Shown here piece after piece: positions 40,019 to 54,247 of a DNA stretch of 64,000 bases. The notes below the pieces were generated by a model. That model was not told the DNA's origin and did no database searches. It saw only the letters and a program-made list of their open reading frames with translations. A program made the translations under genes and the position numbers. The DNA is taken from the NCBI RefSeq assembly GCF_006345805.1, contig NC_043009.1, positions 2,480,001-2,544,000 on the forward strand, written 5' to 3'. The stretch comes from Octopus sinensis. Its lineage: Eukaryota. Each line of letters starts with the position of its first letter. The first letter of the stretch is position 1.

Positions 40019-41109
40019 GTTGTTGTTGTTGTTGTTGCTGTTGTTATTATTTTATCTTATACGTAAAAGTTACTTTATATTAAACATACTTTATATTAAT
40101 CTACTCCGACATAGCACGGATTTTCCTAATTTTGGTACATATTTTCATGATTGCTTCTGTATTATTGAAATACCTCTAACAATTCCTCGCATTTTCCATG
40201 TGGATAACACTGACAAGTATATAATGTCTAACGCGATGTCAAGATAGTTAACTAATTGAAGGCAAGTGTTAGCTATAATTATCAAGTTCAAAAACTTTAA
40301 ATATAATAACGAAGCTTTATTAAATCTGTGTTTGTTCGTTTTTCCTCTTACTTAATATTGATATGGCATTTACGTAAAGAGTCACATTTGCAGTAGATTA
40401 GGTATAAAACATAAAGACATTAATTTGCAGCTTCTAGTTTTCTGAATATTTTGACACAATGCTAACATCAAAATAAATGATGCTAATTTTCTTTATGTAT
40501 AATCCGTTGTCAAAATATAACTGACATTTTCGTGGATTCGTAACAATACTTATTTCAAACTCATGAATGTAATCGGGGGCAAATATTAATACAATAAATA
40601 TTAATAGATCTGTCACTATGGCATTCGTAATGTGGGGTAATAATCTACATTTTTGATTTGGATGAATTGTTGTTGGTATCTAAACTAACGCTGAAGCTAA
40701 CGAAACATTTGAGCAAGGCTTGTTTGGTAAAGACTCATTCACACTTGACGGATATTTTGGTATTTAAAAATTAAGAGAATTAAGGGTGTGAGTAAATATG
40801 AACTACAGGAAGTATAAATTTACAAATATATAAAAATATTACAGATACACGTACATACAGCTTTGATTAAAGAGTATCTATAATGATGAAGGCATACCAA
40901 AAGGAAGCACGACGCATTTGATGGCTAGACAGAAAAATGCAAGTCAGATACTCACGTAGGTTATTATTATGGCAGAGAATGCATCTATGAAACGAGATTC
41001 ACTGCTGTTCGGTAATCCACGAATCCAGTAGAATCGAAAGCCGAACGGAAAACTTAAGTGTGGCGAATCAAAATGTTCCAAGACTAAATATATTTAGTGA
41101 AAAATACCC

Positions 41110-41929
41110 TATTTACCAAAGGTTTAGCATTATCGTCTTCGAAATAGTCACCTTGAGCACCGGTACACGGCTCCAGCGTTCCTGTCACTTTTGGAATCCG
41201 GCATGGAAATTATTTTCCGTAAGGGAGTCGAGGACCTCCTCCGATTCGCTCTGGATCTCGACAACAGTTTCAAAACCGCGACCTTTGAGCTGCATTTTCA
41301 TATTGGGGAAGAGATGAAAGTCTGCAGGTGTTAAATCCGACGAAAAGGGCGGTTGCGGAAGCGATAACATGTCGATTTTGGCGAGAAATTCACGAATGAG
41401 TAGAGCTCGGTGACAGGGTGCATTTACATCGTGAAGAATCTAATTCTTCGAGTTCCACAGACCTGGTCGCTTTCGCGAAATGTCCTTCCTCAAACGCTTC
41501 AAATCTTCGCTGTAGAACTTTAGAACTTTCAATTGACGGTCTGACCGTGGAATAAGCATGCCCTTAATTGCGCTGCGGCTCTATCGTGCCTTTTGAAGTG
41601 ACTGTGCAACTCGAAATTTTGTGTAAGCATTGTGGCCGCAAGCTTGCCGAAGCATGCTCAATATCCCTGTAGTAGACTTCTCAAGTTTAACGCAAAATTT
41701 CACGTTGGCTTTTTGTTCTAACTTCCTGTGCATGACATAAATCGCAGACAACATCATACACGTGATTACAAAAAACACAAATTTCACAACTTGTGAGGTA
41801 AACACAGCTATGTCAAACGGAACACTGCCTCACGAAAATCAGTTAGCTTTCACTGTGCACGCAATCGTGTGTTGCTATCTGTATTGGCAGCTACTGAACA
41901 GTCCGGGAACATTTTGACATCACCTCGTA
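41110..41929 (-). mobile_element. Degenerate, internally deleted mariner element with one TIR
   Basis: LEQKANVKFCVKLEKS N-terminus; PQPPFSSDLTPADFHLFPNMKMQLKGRGF C-terminus; TA+CGAGGTGATGTCAAAATGTTCCCGGACTG terminus at 41899-41929. Confidence 0.85.
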
Positions 41930-42030
41930 TGTATCAAAAATATAGCTTTCTTTACATAACATTTAAGTTATCGGTTGTTTGTTTAATTCATATTTCCCTG
42001 TCAAACATTGTTCTCGCAAAAGCATGTGTG

Positions 42031-42078
<48 letters not shown>

Positions 42079-42120
42079 GTTCTGATCCAGGCATAACATG
42101 CAGTGCCTCAGTATTTCATT

Positions 42121-42361
42121 ACTCTTTACTATTTTATCATTTAATCGTTTTAGTCTTTTAACTGTGCCCATGCTGGAGCACCGCCTTTAGTCGAGCAAAT
42201 CGTCACCAGGACTTATTCTTTCTAAGCCTATTACTTATTCTATCGGTCCGTTCCACCGAATCGCTAAGTTACGAGGATGTAAACACAACAGCATCGGTTG
42301 TCAAGCGATGTTGGGGGGACAAACACAAGATACACACACACACACACACATATATATATAT

Positions 42362-42402
<41 letters not shown>

Positions 42403-42571
42403 TATATACGACGGTCATCTTTCAGTTTCCGTCCACCACATCCACTCACAAGGCTTTGGTCGGCCTGAGGCTATAGTAGAAGACACTTGCCTAAGGTGCC
42501 ATACTGTGGTACTGAACCCGGAACTATGTGGTTGGTAAGCAAAACACTTACCGTGCAGCCATTCCTACGCC
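42121..42571 (-). mobile_element. tRNA-derived SINE family A
   Basis: Reverse-complement match to 43172-43616 with internal (TA)n. Confidence 0.9.
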
Positions 42572-43110
42572 TAATAGTCATATATTTCATATACCTTTCT
42601 TATGCAGGTAACCTCCAACTCGAAACTTTCACATTTAGAATACACACAACATTAACAGTGCTTCATACACGCACGAAAAGAAACATGGCATTCCTGTTTT
42701 TGATTGCCCTGCAATACCACCTGCAGTTACGTTTGGTTTTCATCTACCGCCGTTCGTTAAATGAAGAATTTTCAGCTTCAATTTCAGAAACACTGTTTTA
42801 TGGAAGCCCAACTCGGAGTAGATACGAAGGTTTAGCAATAACTGTTATGCTGAGAGAGTCGTGAAGGGGTGCGTTTGCATGGTGCAGAAAAAATGAGGTT
42901 ATTAGAGATGTGCTTATCCAAGATGTAACGCAAAGGGATAAAACCTGAGAAAACAAGGTTTTTGGCAAAGCGTCTTAAACACATAGCCATGCCTATTTGT
43001 AAGCGTGCACACACAGGCGAGGTACATATGATATATTTACGCATATGTGATTTCACTGTGCGAACTATCTCGCCCACTCTATCACTTCCTCTCTTACCCT
43101 CTCACATTTT

Positions 43111-43146
<36 letters not shown>

Positions 43147-43171
43147 AAAGTGTGAGAGGGTAAGAGAGGAA

Positions 43172-43338
43172 GGCGCAGGAGTGGCTGTGTGGTAAGTAGC
43201 TTGCTAACCAGCCACATGGTTCCGGGTTCAGTCCCACTGCGTGGCGTCTTGGGCATGTGTCTTCTGCTATAGCCCCGGGCCGACCAATGCCTTGTGAGTG
43301 TATTTGGTAGACGGAGACTGATAGAAGCCTGTCGTATA

Positions 43339-43401
<63 letters not shown>

Positions 43402-43616
43402 TAGTGTGTGTGTCTGTGTTTGTCCCCCTAGTATTGCTTGACAACCGATGCTGGTGTGTTTACGTCCCCGTCACTTAGCCGTTCGGGAAAAGAGACCGAT
43501 AGGATAAGTACTGGGCTTACAAAGAATAAGTCCTGGGGTTCATTTGCTCGACTAAAGGCGGTGCTCTAGCATGGCCGCAGTCAAATGACTGAAACAAGTA
43601 AAAGAGAGTAAAAGAG
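43172..43616 (+). mobile_element. tRNA-derived SINE family A, full length
   Basis: ggcgcaggagtggctgtgtggtaag head; gtaaaagagagtaaaagag tail. Confidence 0.9.
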
Positions 43617-43632
43617 AGGGTATATATATATA

Positions 43633-44340
43633 CAGGGGTTGGACAAAATAAAGGAAACACCCAGCATCATACCATCATAATTTTGAAATATCTATAAAAC
43701 CATCAAAAGCTTGTTTATTTTGATGTTCTTTGATTTATTATTAGTCTTACTTAATATGTTTTGCTAAAATTGCTGATTCTTTTCAGTTATCATCAGAAAA
43801 TGGTAATTAAAATTCATTAAAATGAGAGATCGATCGGACTTTCAAATTGTTGGTCTCATATGGCAGGCACTAGCGTAACGAAAACAGCCGAAATATTTGG
43901 TGTATCAAGAAGTACTCTTTCGAAAGTAATGACAGCCTTTGAGAAAGAGGGAAAAACCTCCTTGTCAAAACAAAATACCGGAAGAAAATCAAAACATTCA
44001 GAGAGGGATAGTCGGATTCTTTTGCGAATTGTTAGAAAGGATCACAAAAGTACAGCTCCCAAAATTGCTGCAGAGCTTAATGACCATCTCGAAAACCCAG
44101 TTTCCACAAAAACTGTTCACCGGAAGCTGTACAAAGCAGGATTTCACGGGAAGGCTGCAATCAGAAAAGCACTACTTTCAAAAACAAACGTTACAAAGCG
44201 TTTGGAGTGGAGTAAAAACCAACAAGAACTGGAGACTGTTTTAGATGAAGAATCGACAAAACTTCCTGTGGAAACAATTCAATCTTTGTACAAGTCCATA
44301 TCTCCTAGAAGTCAAGCTGTAATTACTGCCAAATTATATA
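43633..44340 (+). mobile_element. Tc1-like element, internally deleted (HTH region fused to the extreme C-terminus; DDE region absent)
   Basis: TA+CAGGGGTTGGACAAAATAAAGGAAACAC left end; AGTSVTKTAEIFGVSRSTLSKVM...GRKSKHSERD...KRLEWSK joined to LPVETIQSLYKSISPRSQAVITAK. Confidence 0.85.
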
Positions 44341-45051
44341 TAGATAATTCTAAAACTATATTTTAATATACACAATACATATACACGTATGTGTATGTAT
44401 GTATATATGCATGTATGTATATATGAATGTATGTATATATGCATGTATGCATGTATGTATACATACGCAAAATATCAAACACACGTGGGCAAGCAGATGA
44501 TTCCATGAGTGCTTATTTACGTTTATCGGGATTTATAGATCTCAACAAATCATAAAGGAAAATTCTATACATCACTCATTTCTTATTCTTTCTAACTAGC
44601 ATATTTGCTTTTATTCCTTACTTTATTTTCCAGTATGTAACTTACTTCTCACTTAACATCATCGTCATCTCTAATGCGATTAATTGTGCGATTTTTTCGA
44701 GAAAGTTTCAATTCACAACTTGATTTGGAGAGATGTTGTCTACCATTAGCCATTAATGAAACGTTCTCTGCACATCACATAATATGGTTTCGCTATGATC
44801 GCTGCCTTTCGGTCTCGATCTCAATTTCTTTTGATTAACTTTAAAACTCGTTTCTGTTGAAATCGAATAGTTCTTTGGTGACAATTCTAACTGTAATCTT
44901 TTCTAAAATCTAAAATTCGTAAAACTTCTATATGTATTTCTGTGTTTTCAAGTGTATGTGTGTATGTCTTTTCGTATACATACATACATACATACATACA
45001 TACACACGTATATATATATATATATATGGAGAGAAAGTAGTATATAAATAA

Positions 45052-45113
<62 letters not shown>

Positions 45114-45990
45114 GCATATATAAATATAAATAAATATATATATATATATATATCTGTACGTGCATATATGTGTACATCTGTTTGTGTGTTTGTATATGTG
45201 CGTATGTGAGTGTGTGTGTGTATGTATGTGAGTTTGTGTGTGTGTGTATGTGCGTGTGTGTGTGTGTGTTTGCGTGCGTGTGCATTATAATGGTGAGGTT
45301 GAATGTAAAAAAAAGTATATACATATATAGTTTCTGTCGATCAAAATTTCAGATGACGCAAACTGCTCTCACGTAAAGTAGTAAAGATAAGAGCGCATAA
45401 TGGAACAGTTTATCCAGAATGAAATACGAAAAAGTCGTTTTAAGAACGAAATTCACAAGAAAAGAAAAGTAACGAGCAAATACTAATGAAATGAAATGAA
45501 GCTTATTTCTGATCAGTAGAGAAACGAATTAGTAAATACAGTAATATTGAAACAATTCAAAATATATGTACCTAGAACTTGAGTAATTCAAGTATAATGT
45601 TTTTTTCTGAAATTTTGATTATATGGTGTTTTTCTCCAACTTTGATTATGTGGCGTTTTGGTGAGTGTTTCTGTTGATAGTGGTTAGCCTGCATCTTCAT
45701 AGTTTGGGAGATTGTTCAAGTGACTTTATACTAATGATGTATGTTTATTTTCGAATTATCTATATTTGAGAACATCCCCCAAATTAAATTGACTTCCATA
45801 AAGATCCTTTCTCCTATGTATAGGCTTCAAGTGCGATCTCATATTCAGTGTAATGATACACTTTTAATGGCTAATGAATTACGTGAAAGTCATTTTCGCC
45901 ATAAATCAATAAATAAAGAGTTATTAGCAAGTAAAGTTTGAAAATTTTGGTAATTTTAGCCAATCGTAAGCCACAGACATATTCATGCTC

Positions 45991-46004
45991 GTTTCCATAG
46001 CAAC
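45991..46004. promoter_or_regulatory. RFX X-box-like motif GTTTCCATAGCAAC with a CCAAT box at 45960-45964
   Basis: Matches the X-box consensus GTTNCCATRGNAAC. No transcription start evidence. Confidence 0.3.
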
Positions 46005-47349
46005 AAGCAGATCATGAGAACTCTTGTCTGTAAGAAGGCACTTGTTGACAAATATATTGAAACCATTTGATTTACTTATCTGTTGACAATTGAGCACGTG
46101 AAGTTATGTAGCACAGGAAATATGAAAATTGCGATTTGTTCGAGAAATTGATTGAATGGCTTTTTAGCTTTCGTTTTCAATGAACTGGTCAGCAAAATGC
46201 TGGTCTTTAAAAAAAAATATTTAATCTGGAATGTTTTTAGCATGGAATGTATTGGATGCTTAAAACTACAAAAAGATATATTTTTTTACGCTTTTTTGTT
46301 TTGTTAACCCGAAAGATGGTATCCGCACTCAACAAGTAGAGAGTAAGTGGGCTCTTGTGAATCGTGGTAATAAACAACGCTGTGGCACTCACCGTTCTAT
46401 GGTAGATTCATCTCTTTGTGAATTTATGTGGGTCAGGAGATACGAAAATTGTTGTTTGTTTGAGAAATTGATTGAATGTATTTTTAACTTTCGTTTTTAA
46501 TTTTTAAAATATTTCATGTTGCTTTATTGCATAATTAAATGTTTATTTTTAAGCATATTTTGTGCACTCATTTATTTTCCGATGTAACATATAAACATGT
46601 ATATCTTTTAGAACATTGGTATTTTATAAGATTTTGCTGGTAACTTTTTAAATTAGCATAAGACATTTCTTTACATGAAAGAAAATTACGGGAGAGTTTT
46701 CATCTAATTCTTCCAAATCATTTTGTTAAAACTATCGAAACCATTTGTGAGGGAAATTTGTAATGTGTGTATTACATGTAACGTGTTGCTCATGGCATTT
46801 GCATTAAATGCATGCATTTTGAATGTTTCAAACTACTTCTTTACTCGTTCCTTTTTGCTATTGAGGTTTGCTAAAAATAACAGCTAAATAACGATTTTGA
46901 GTAAATCTTTCAAGCTCGTGCTATCGCATTAAATGCATATTGACCGTTTCAAACTACGAAACATGTGTTGTATACAAATACTAACAAGAGGTGTTATTTC
47001 CAGGATGTCGATGACAAAATATGCAGTCACGCACAAAATGACAGCTTCCATATCAGGCTTCCTGAGTGGATGAAAAATGACCAAACTTTAAACCTTTATA
47101 ACTTTTTAAAAACATTTTTCTGGAAAAGTGAGAAAAACTCCAGAAATTCCGCTTGCCAAATTTTAAGGTTTTTGATAAACTGTAATTTTTTAATAAAATT
47201 TTGGGATAAACTGTAATTTTTGAAATGCTAGCAGCCAAACCAATAAATATTCAAAAAAGAGCTTCGAACACACATGCAGGTTCACAGACACCACATGCAC
47301 ACTAAATGAATGAATTAACCTGCATTTGACAATGTAAGTATTATATCGG

Positions 47350-47870
47350 TTTCAAATTTTGGCCCGAAGCATGCATTTTCGGGGTGTGGGTTGAGTCAAT
47401 TAGAACAATCCCGTCGTCAGCTGCCGTTTATTTTAACGACCACAAAAGGATGAAAGGCAAAGTTGATCTCGGTGAAATTTGAAATCAGAACCTACAGAAG
47501 GGCGAAACGGCTCTAACCATTTTGCCCAGCGTGGTACCGAGCCGGTCATGATCTGAAAATTGACCATCCACACAAACTCGTACGCACAAACACACACACA
47601 CACACACATCCACACACACACACACACACTCAATTGCAAACTTGTACACACACACGAACACACGCACACTACGTACACATATTCATATATAAATTTGTGA
47701 GATATAGTTAAGTATATATCTATATTCTTTTCTACTCTAGGCACAAGGCCCAAAATTTTGGGAGAGGGCCTAGTCGATTAGATCGACCCCAGTACGCAAC
47801 TGGTACTTAACCTATTGACCCCAAAAGGATGACATCCAAAGTCGATCAGGAATTTGAACTCAGAATGTAA
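47350..47870 (-). mobile_element. Two family-B SINE fragments (about 47350-47545 and 47725-47870)
   Basis: aaggatgaaaggcaaagttgatctcggtgaaatttgaaatcag and ggcacaaggcccaaaattttgggagaggg...aatttgaactcag. Confidence 0.8.
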
Positions 47871-47876
47871 CGCATA

Positions 47877-47911
<35 letters not shown>

Positions 47912-47924
47912 AAATATATATATA

Positions 47925-48013
<89 letters not shown>

Positions 48014-48588
48014 TTGTGTGTCTGTGTTTGTTCTACTACCATCGCTTGACAACCGACTTTGGTGTGTTTACGTCCACGTAAATTAGCGGTTGGGCAACAG
48101 AACCCGATAGAGTAAATACCTAGCTAAAGGTGGTGCTCCAGCATGGCCGCAGTCAAATCGCCGAAACAAATAAAAGAATGAAAGAATAAAAGAATATATA
48201 TGTGTGTGCCTGTGTGTGTGTATGCGTGTAGGCGTGCAGGCGTGCGCGCGTGTGTGTATATGAGTGTGTGTGTATGTGTATGTATGTATATATGTATGTA
48301 TGTATTTAAACTACCATTGAAAACTGTAAAGCAATGTTTCATTTAAAGTTATTTAAAAATTTATCTCGGTATTTAAGTGGACTAAAGATAATAATATTTT
48401 GTAAATGGGCATTTCGTAAATACTTTGAAATGTAAACATTTATTTTCCCATTACAAAAAGTGATTTGCCTATTTTCCCTAGAATATCAACTCTTGAAAAC
48501 TATGAAGCCAGTAATACATTTTCATTTCATTCCAGACCCTTTCGGAAAATATTCGACTCAATATTATTCTCCAGATTACATTTCCACT

Positions 48589-49770
48589 ATGCCTAAACTT
48601 ACAAAGTTTTCCGAAATTGAACAGAGGTAGGTTGTTGCACTGAATGTGGAAGTAATGAGTAACTGGAAGATTTTCGAGAAGATTCAGTGAAGCAGAATGC
48701 CAGTGGACATTTTTCTGAAAGATCCTGACGGCTACAACAGGATTCATGCTGGTAGACATCCCAAGGCTACATCAGAAAGAGATAAAGAAGCCATTGTCAG
48801 AGCTTTGAAAAAGTCACGCTGATCTTCTCTTACAAAAATCAAGGCGTCACCGGGAGTAGGAGCCTGGACATCTGATTTTGAAACATGGTTTTCACCCGAA
48901 GAAGTGGCCAGGGCGTCCGTTATTGTCCTCTTCTGACAAAGCTGTTAGAATTTTCTCGGCTGCATCAGACGTGGTATGGTGAATGGACCAGGGTTCTGTT
49001 CTGTGACGAGAGAAAATGGGATTTGGGTGGCCCTGACGGTTATAAGTATCACTGGGCAGATAAACGTATACAAAAGTCTACTTGTACCAAGTGCGGAACA
49101 GCGAACGAGGTCTTATGGTGTGAAGAGCAACATCTGCCAATGAGAAGCTTATCGTCATGGATGGCCGTTTCAATAATGCATGATACATGAATATGTTGGA
49201 CGGGTCTCACTTTGACTAAGAAAGAAATAGGTTCCGTGGCGAGAACTTCATATTTTAACAGGACAATATTCCTATTCATAAAGTGATAAAGGCAAAGTTG
49301 GATTTCCGCCATGCAATTGGGGTTGATTTCCTGCCTCGTCCAGCAAGAACTCCTGACGTTAACCCTATAGAGAGTACCTGGGAATATATCCAACAGGCAG
49401 AAACGTTAGCACACCGGGCGAAATGCGCAGCCATATGTCGTCTGCAGTTACGTTCTGGGTTCAAATTCCGCCCAGGTCGACTTTGCCTTTCATTCTTTCG
49501 GGGTCGATAAATTGTGTATCAGTTACGCACTGGGGCCGATGTAATCGACTTAATCCGTTTGTCTGTCCTTGTTTGTTCCCTCTGTGTTTAGCCCCTTGTG
49601 GATTGTAAAGAAATATATCTCACGGATGTGTACAACGAAGGCCAGCAGTATTCATCTTTTGGTGAACTTGAAACGGCAATAAAGAAGGCATGATAAGAGC
49701 TTCCGCGTTTCCTCTTAATCTGCTGCAGGAGTTGTTTGGGAGCACGAAGTCGCGTGTCTTTCGAGAATAT
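48589..49770 (+). mobile_element. Degenerate Tc3-like transposase pseudogene interrupted by a SINE
   Basis: MPKLTKFSEIEQ...FLKDPDGY...KATSERD; VLFCDERKWDLGGPDGYKYHWAD; QDNIPIH; PARTPDVNPIESTWEYI; VYNEGQQYSSFGELETAI, paralleling the C. elegans Tc3 transposase motifs. Confidence 0.85.
49391..49611 (+). mobile_element. Family-B SINE inserted in the Tc3-like element with an 8-bp TSD
   Basis: aatatatc at 49383-90 and 49612-19. Confidence 0.85.
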
Positions 49771-49778
49771 CATTGAAA

Positions 49779-50117
49779 TCTCTCTATATATATAAACGGC
49801 AAAATATCTGTGTGTGCGTCCTTTATACAAATCCACAATTGTTCAGTTAGAGGGCTCGCACTTTCTATGGTCATTCAAAACAATCCAAGGGTGGTCGTGC
49901 ACATCGTTACACTTCCCCATTAACCTTGCAAAGCCATTAAAAAATCATTAGAAGTGACATTTTTGTGAATTTTCTATCCAAAATCCAATCAAAATGCCAG
50001 CTAGCTGTATGTGATTGGTTGGAGATTTGGACAGTACGCGTGTGTATGTGTGCACGCACGCAGCTGTATATGCATGCACTAGCGCTATGACCCGGCGTTG
50101 TCGGGTCATAGTGCTAG
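49779..50117 (+). mobile_element. Non-autonomous Helitron-like element
   Basis: Begins A|TC, ends CTAG|T, with a terminal hairpin actagcgctatgacccggc-gtt-gtcgggtcatagtgctagt (50078-50118). No TSD. Confidence 0.7.
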
Positions 50118-50443
50118 TTTTTAATAATTTCCCTGTTTGGCATAATTTTTGCCACAATATTCAAGCTGGCGTTAGAGTTTTGAACAGGAAGATTCTAGTT
50201 CTGTACGATTATTGAATTATTATCTAATATATTTTAGGATTACAATAAATTTGAATATTGCAACGCCTTCTTCTATTCCACTTCCTACCTAGAGGTGAGT
50301 TTCAAGAATTTGGGTAGTATAGTTCGCCAGAAAAAAACAGCCAGTGCTCTGGCTTTGTAGTTTTGAAGAGCAGTTTATGTATGTATGTATGTATGAACGT
50401 ATGTATGTATTTATGCTTACATATATGTATGAACGCATGTACA

Positions 50444-50477
<34 letters not shown>

Positions 50478-50714
50478 GCATACACACATACATATATATA
50501 TAATTTATATATATATATATATTTATACACACATACACACATACATACATACTTATATATATATATGTATATATATATATTATATATATACACGCATAAA
50601 CACATACATATATATATTTATATATATATATATATATATGTGTGTATATATATAAATATATATATATATATTTATATATACACGCATCAACACATACATA
50701 CATACATATATATA

Positions 50715-50751
<37 letters not shown>

Positions 50752-50764
50752 TACATACATATAT

Positions 50765-50800
<36 letters not shown>

Positions 50801-51439
50801 CACACACACACACATATATATATATATAATATATATATATATGTATATATGTGAGCGATATAATTCAATTTACGTTACCTCTCCTACGCATATTTATTAA
50901 GAAGATGCAGAAAAGAAAATACATTCTTCTCTCCGTTTTGACATACCCCACCTGAGAACTATTTGTGAATATATTATCTTAGTTCTGGCGAAATATGATA
51001 CAAACGCTTCAGCCAGCGATTTTATTTTCTTCAGTTACATCACGCTGAGATAGCTGAGTGATTTAAAACGAAATACCCTAACTGACACTCAACTTGATAT
51101 CCGTGTAGAAAACAAAGAAAAATAATAGCAGATAACCTCAATTTACTGTATGCTAAACATATATTAAACGCAGTATTCTAAATGCAAATCTATTAAAACT
51201 CTAATAGTCAACCGCGTTAATATCACGTTTCTTTAACGCAGGGATTCAGCGCAGTTTGATGCTAGTTTACCCACTGTTTGTTGGCACGATGTTCGTAGCT
51301 AACCATGACATGTGAGTTTTACCGTTATAGGCCTGATTCCAGGAACCCCCCGTTGTGTTTATGTCATTGGGTTTACATCCATGCGATTGTATGCTCTAAT
51401 TCTAGACCGGGTAGCATGGTGTGTGTGCTTGGGAAGGCT

Positions 51440-51600
51440 CTTTATTTCATGCTACTCCAGTTTGCGCAATTGTAAAAAAATATTAACCGAACTTTGGTGT
51501 AAATCTCCTCCGCATCTCGCTGAGAGAAACTCAATGATATGCGATGCTATAACCGTTAGGAAGTCTATGACTACCACATCGACAACTCAAAACAGTTGAC
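51440..51600 (-). mobile_element. Possible decayed LINE C-terminal remnant
   Basis: CRCGSHRLP followed, after a frameshift, by RCGGDLH; loosely like the HRLP...GDEFH tail of CR1/L2-type ORF2. Confidence 0.25.
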
Positions 51601-54209
51601 AAATAAGCAGTACCCATGTGCAATGTCATACACGCTTTCCATTGACACTTAAGCTGAAATTAACATCGTAATATCGAATGTAGTCACGGGGAATCAATCA
51701 ATTTATTCATTTCTAATAGAGATTATAGAAACACACAAATTCTACGTCCTGACGTCTGATCTTACAGAGAAGATATTTCCAAGACAGTGAATTACTCTCA
51801 TAAAGAAGAGTCGGTTAAGTACAGACTGGCATACTTATTAAAATAAACTGAAAATACTTTCGAAGCAAATGTATTTATAATCTTATCTATGCGACAAATC
51901 ATTGCCGTTAATGAAAATTAATCTCATAATGAGGAAATGAACAACAACAAAAAGAAAAAAAAGTGTTTCCCAAAAGTTCAATTAACCAAAATTGTTTCCG
52001 CAGGTTCCATCCAAATTTTCGTCTGAGTACAAACAGACATAGTTATATGACGCACACACACGAAAACAATGCACGCGGCAATATGCATTCGTTCGCATGC
52101 CTATGTACTTCTATGGCTGACTATACAGTTTTGGCTGACTATATTTCTTTTACAGTTCTATATTTAAGAGATGAGGAATTATGTAGAGTATTTATATTAT
52201 TTACATTCGACGGATATTTGTCTTCATCTTGTTTGTTGTTGACACATTTCGGCTGAAGCAGCCAAATATTTGATCGATAGAATGAGTGAAGGATGCACCC
52301 GTATTAGACTGGTACTGATTTTCCTACACGGAGGACTGGAGCCACGTTAAATAAAATATCTTGCCCAAGGCTACAAGTGAGTTACCCTACAACCCAAAGT
52401 TTGAGAAATACTCTCGTTAAACACGATGCGTCTTTTACGATCGCATTTTGAGGCCTCTTCAGCAAGAGCCTATCATTATAACATCAAGAATTGAGATGAA
52501 AATAGAATGGTATTACAAAAGACCCTTATTCGGAAGATAGCTCAGACTTCACTGTCATATTATTTCAGTTTGAGAAGTCTGTTGAATATACATGCCTTTG
52601 GAATGTCAAACCACTAATCCGCTAGTTTCTTGGAACATGCATTTCAGTAGATCGAACCTCTGAACATACATCGGTGAAATCGACAGAAATCAATTTACAA
52701 AATCAGGGAAGGAAATGAATCTAGTGGTCAAAATACCGCTTTTAGAGTTCAACATTAACAGTCCATAACTGAGGGTGATAAATAAAATGCTCAGCTTTTA
52801 TTCTTTCGGCTCTTTACGTAAAGGTATATTTCACCTTTCATCTTTTCGGCATCAACAAAAAAAAAAAGTACTCTGGGTGTATATAATCAACAAATACCAA
52901 TAGACTTCCCATCAAATTTCTAACACAGCTAAAATTTGAAACGATCTATATTGCAAGGTTCTGAAGAGATAATGAGGTTGGCTCTATTCTAAACTCTATG
53001 CGCTCGATCTGCTAGATAACGCAGTTCAATAACACTGTCGTAAAATATAAACAGAAGTAAAACGTCGATTATATAGCCCTAGACACATACGGACCCAAAA
53101 ATCTGAAGGCAAGTTGGTAAACAACTAACAATTATTTAGTCGCAGGCCTGCGGTATCAGGAACAATTTGAACCCGTGAACACCTGAACAGTATAGAAACT
53201 TTTAGCTATTTCAAATACTTTGTATTGTAAATAACGTATAAGAACGTATATTTATCTATATGAATACATTTATTATTTATCTATATGTCTATATAATGTC
53301 GATTCTATTGATGAAATATCACGTGGTGGCTGTTGTTGCTTAGTTACAAATCAGTTCTTGCGGTGCAGAACTCACTCACCTCCAGTGGTCGATAAAGTCT
53401 ATGGACATCGACGACCTGGCACTTAAATGAAGAATGCAGTCAAGCGTGGGGCGAGAGAAATGCCATTGCTCGCGTCGATACAACATCTGTTTGCCTTTGC
53501 ACGGGAGGAGGCTATGGATATAACAATATTCCGTTGGCATATTCGTTCATGCATGTTGCTCCAACTTTTGTAAACCAAGGATACACTGCTTATGATTTCA
53601 TTGCACTCGCTTTAGCTGGAGGCAATTTATGATGGCGCGTAACATGTTAAGAAAAGACAAATTTCGAAGCACCGTTCCCACCTATTCGTCACGGATAATT
53701 CGGATAAAGCGGCAATAAGCGGTTAAGCGGTTTGCATATAAGACTAAAAGCAATAGTTGCTAGAAACATTGCAAATTTTGAAAAAAAGAACCTCTGATGG
53801 TCAAGCACCCTATATTTCTTCCGCAGGTTTTATTTTTAATCCTCTTTTTGCTCTGGGTCTCACATGTGTAAGAACATTTGAGCCTTAGTTGAAAATCTAA
53901 ATATCCTCTGCGTTTCACAGCGTTAATTGCAAGACTGTAGGATTTCGAATTTGTGGTTCCCTGTCGCCCCGAGTTATTTTCTAACCAGAATCTTTGTGTT
54001 TTCTATCACTCCCGTTAGTCAGACAGCGCGCACAGTTACCTCATTCTCAAATCTCTGTGTAGGCCTAACAGCAGTCATCGTGCAGTCTTAATTTCTAGTG
54101 CACCGTAGGATAGTTTTATATAGGGGTAGAATTCACAAAAAAAAAGACGACGACAGGCGGTGTAGACAACAAACAGATGCATTAGTATAACGCTGGGGAT
54201 GTGAAACAG

Positions 54210-54247
54210 TCTTTAACGTTTCGAGCCTGCGCTGATCCACGGAAAGG
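54210..54247 (-). ncRNA. Decayed copy of the 9889-family hammerhead-like motif (repeat about 54130-54300)
   Basis: CCUUU-CCGUGGA-U-CAGC-GCAG-GCUC-GAAA-CGU-U-AAAGA. Confidence 0.45.
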
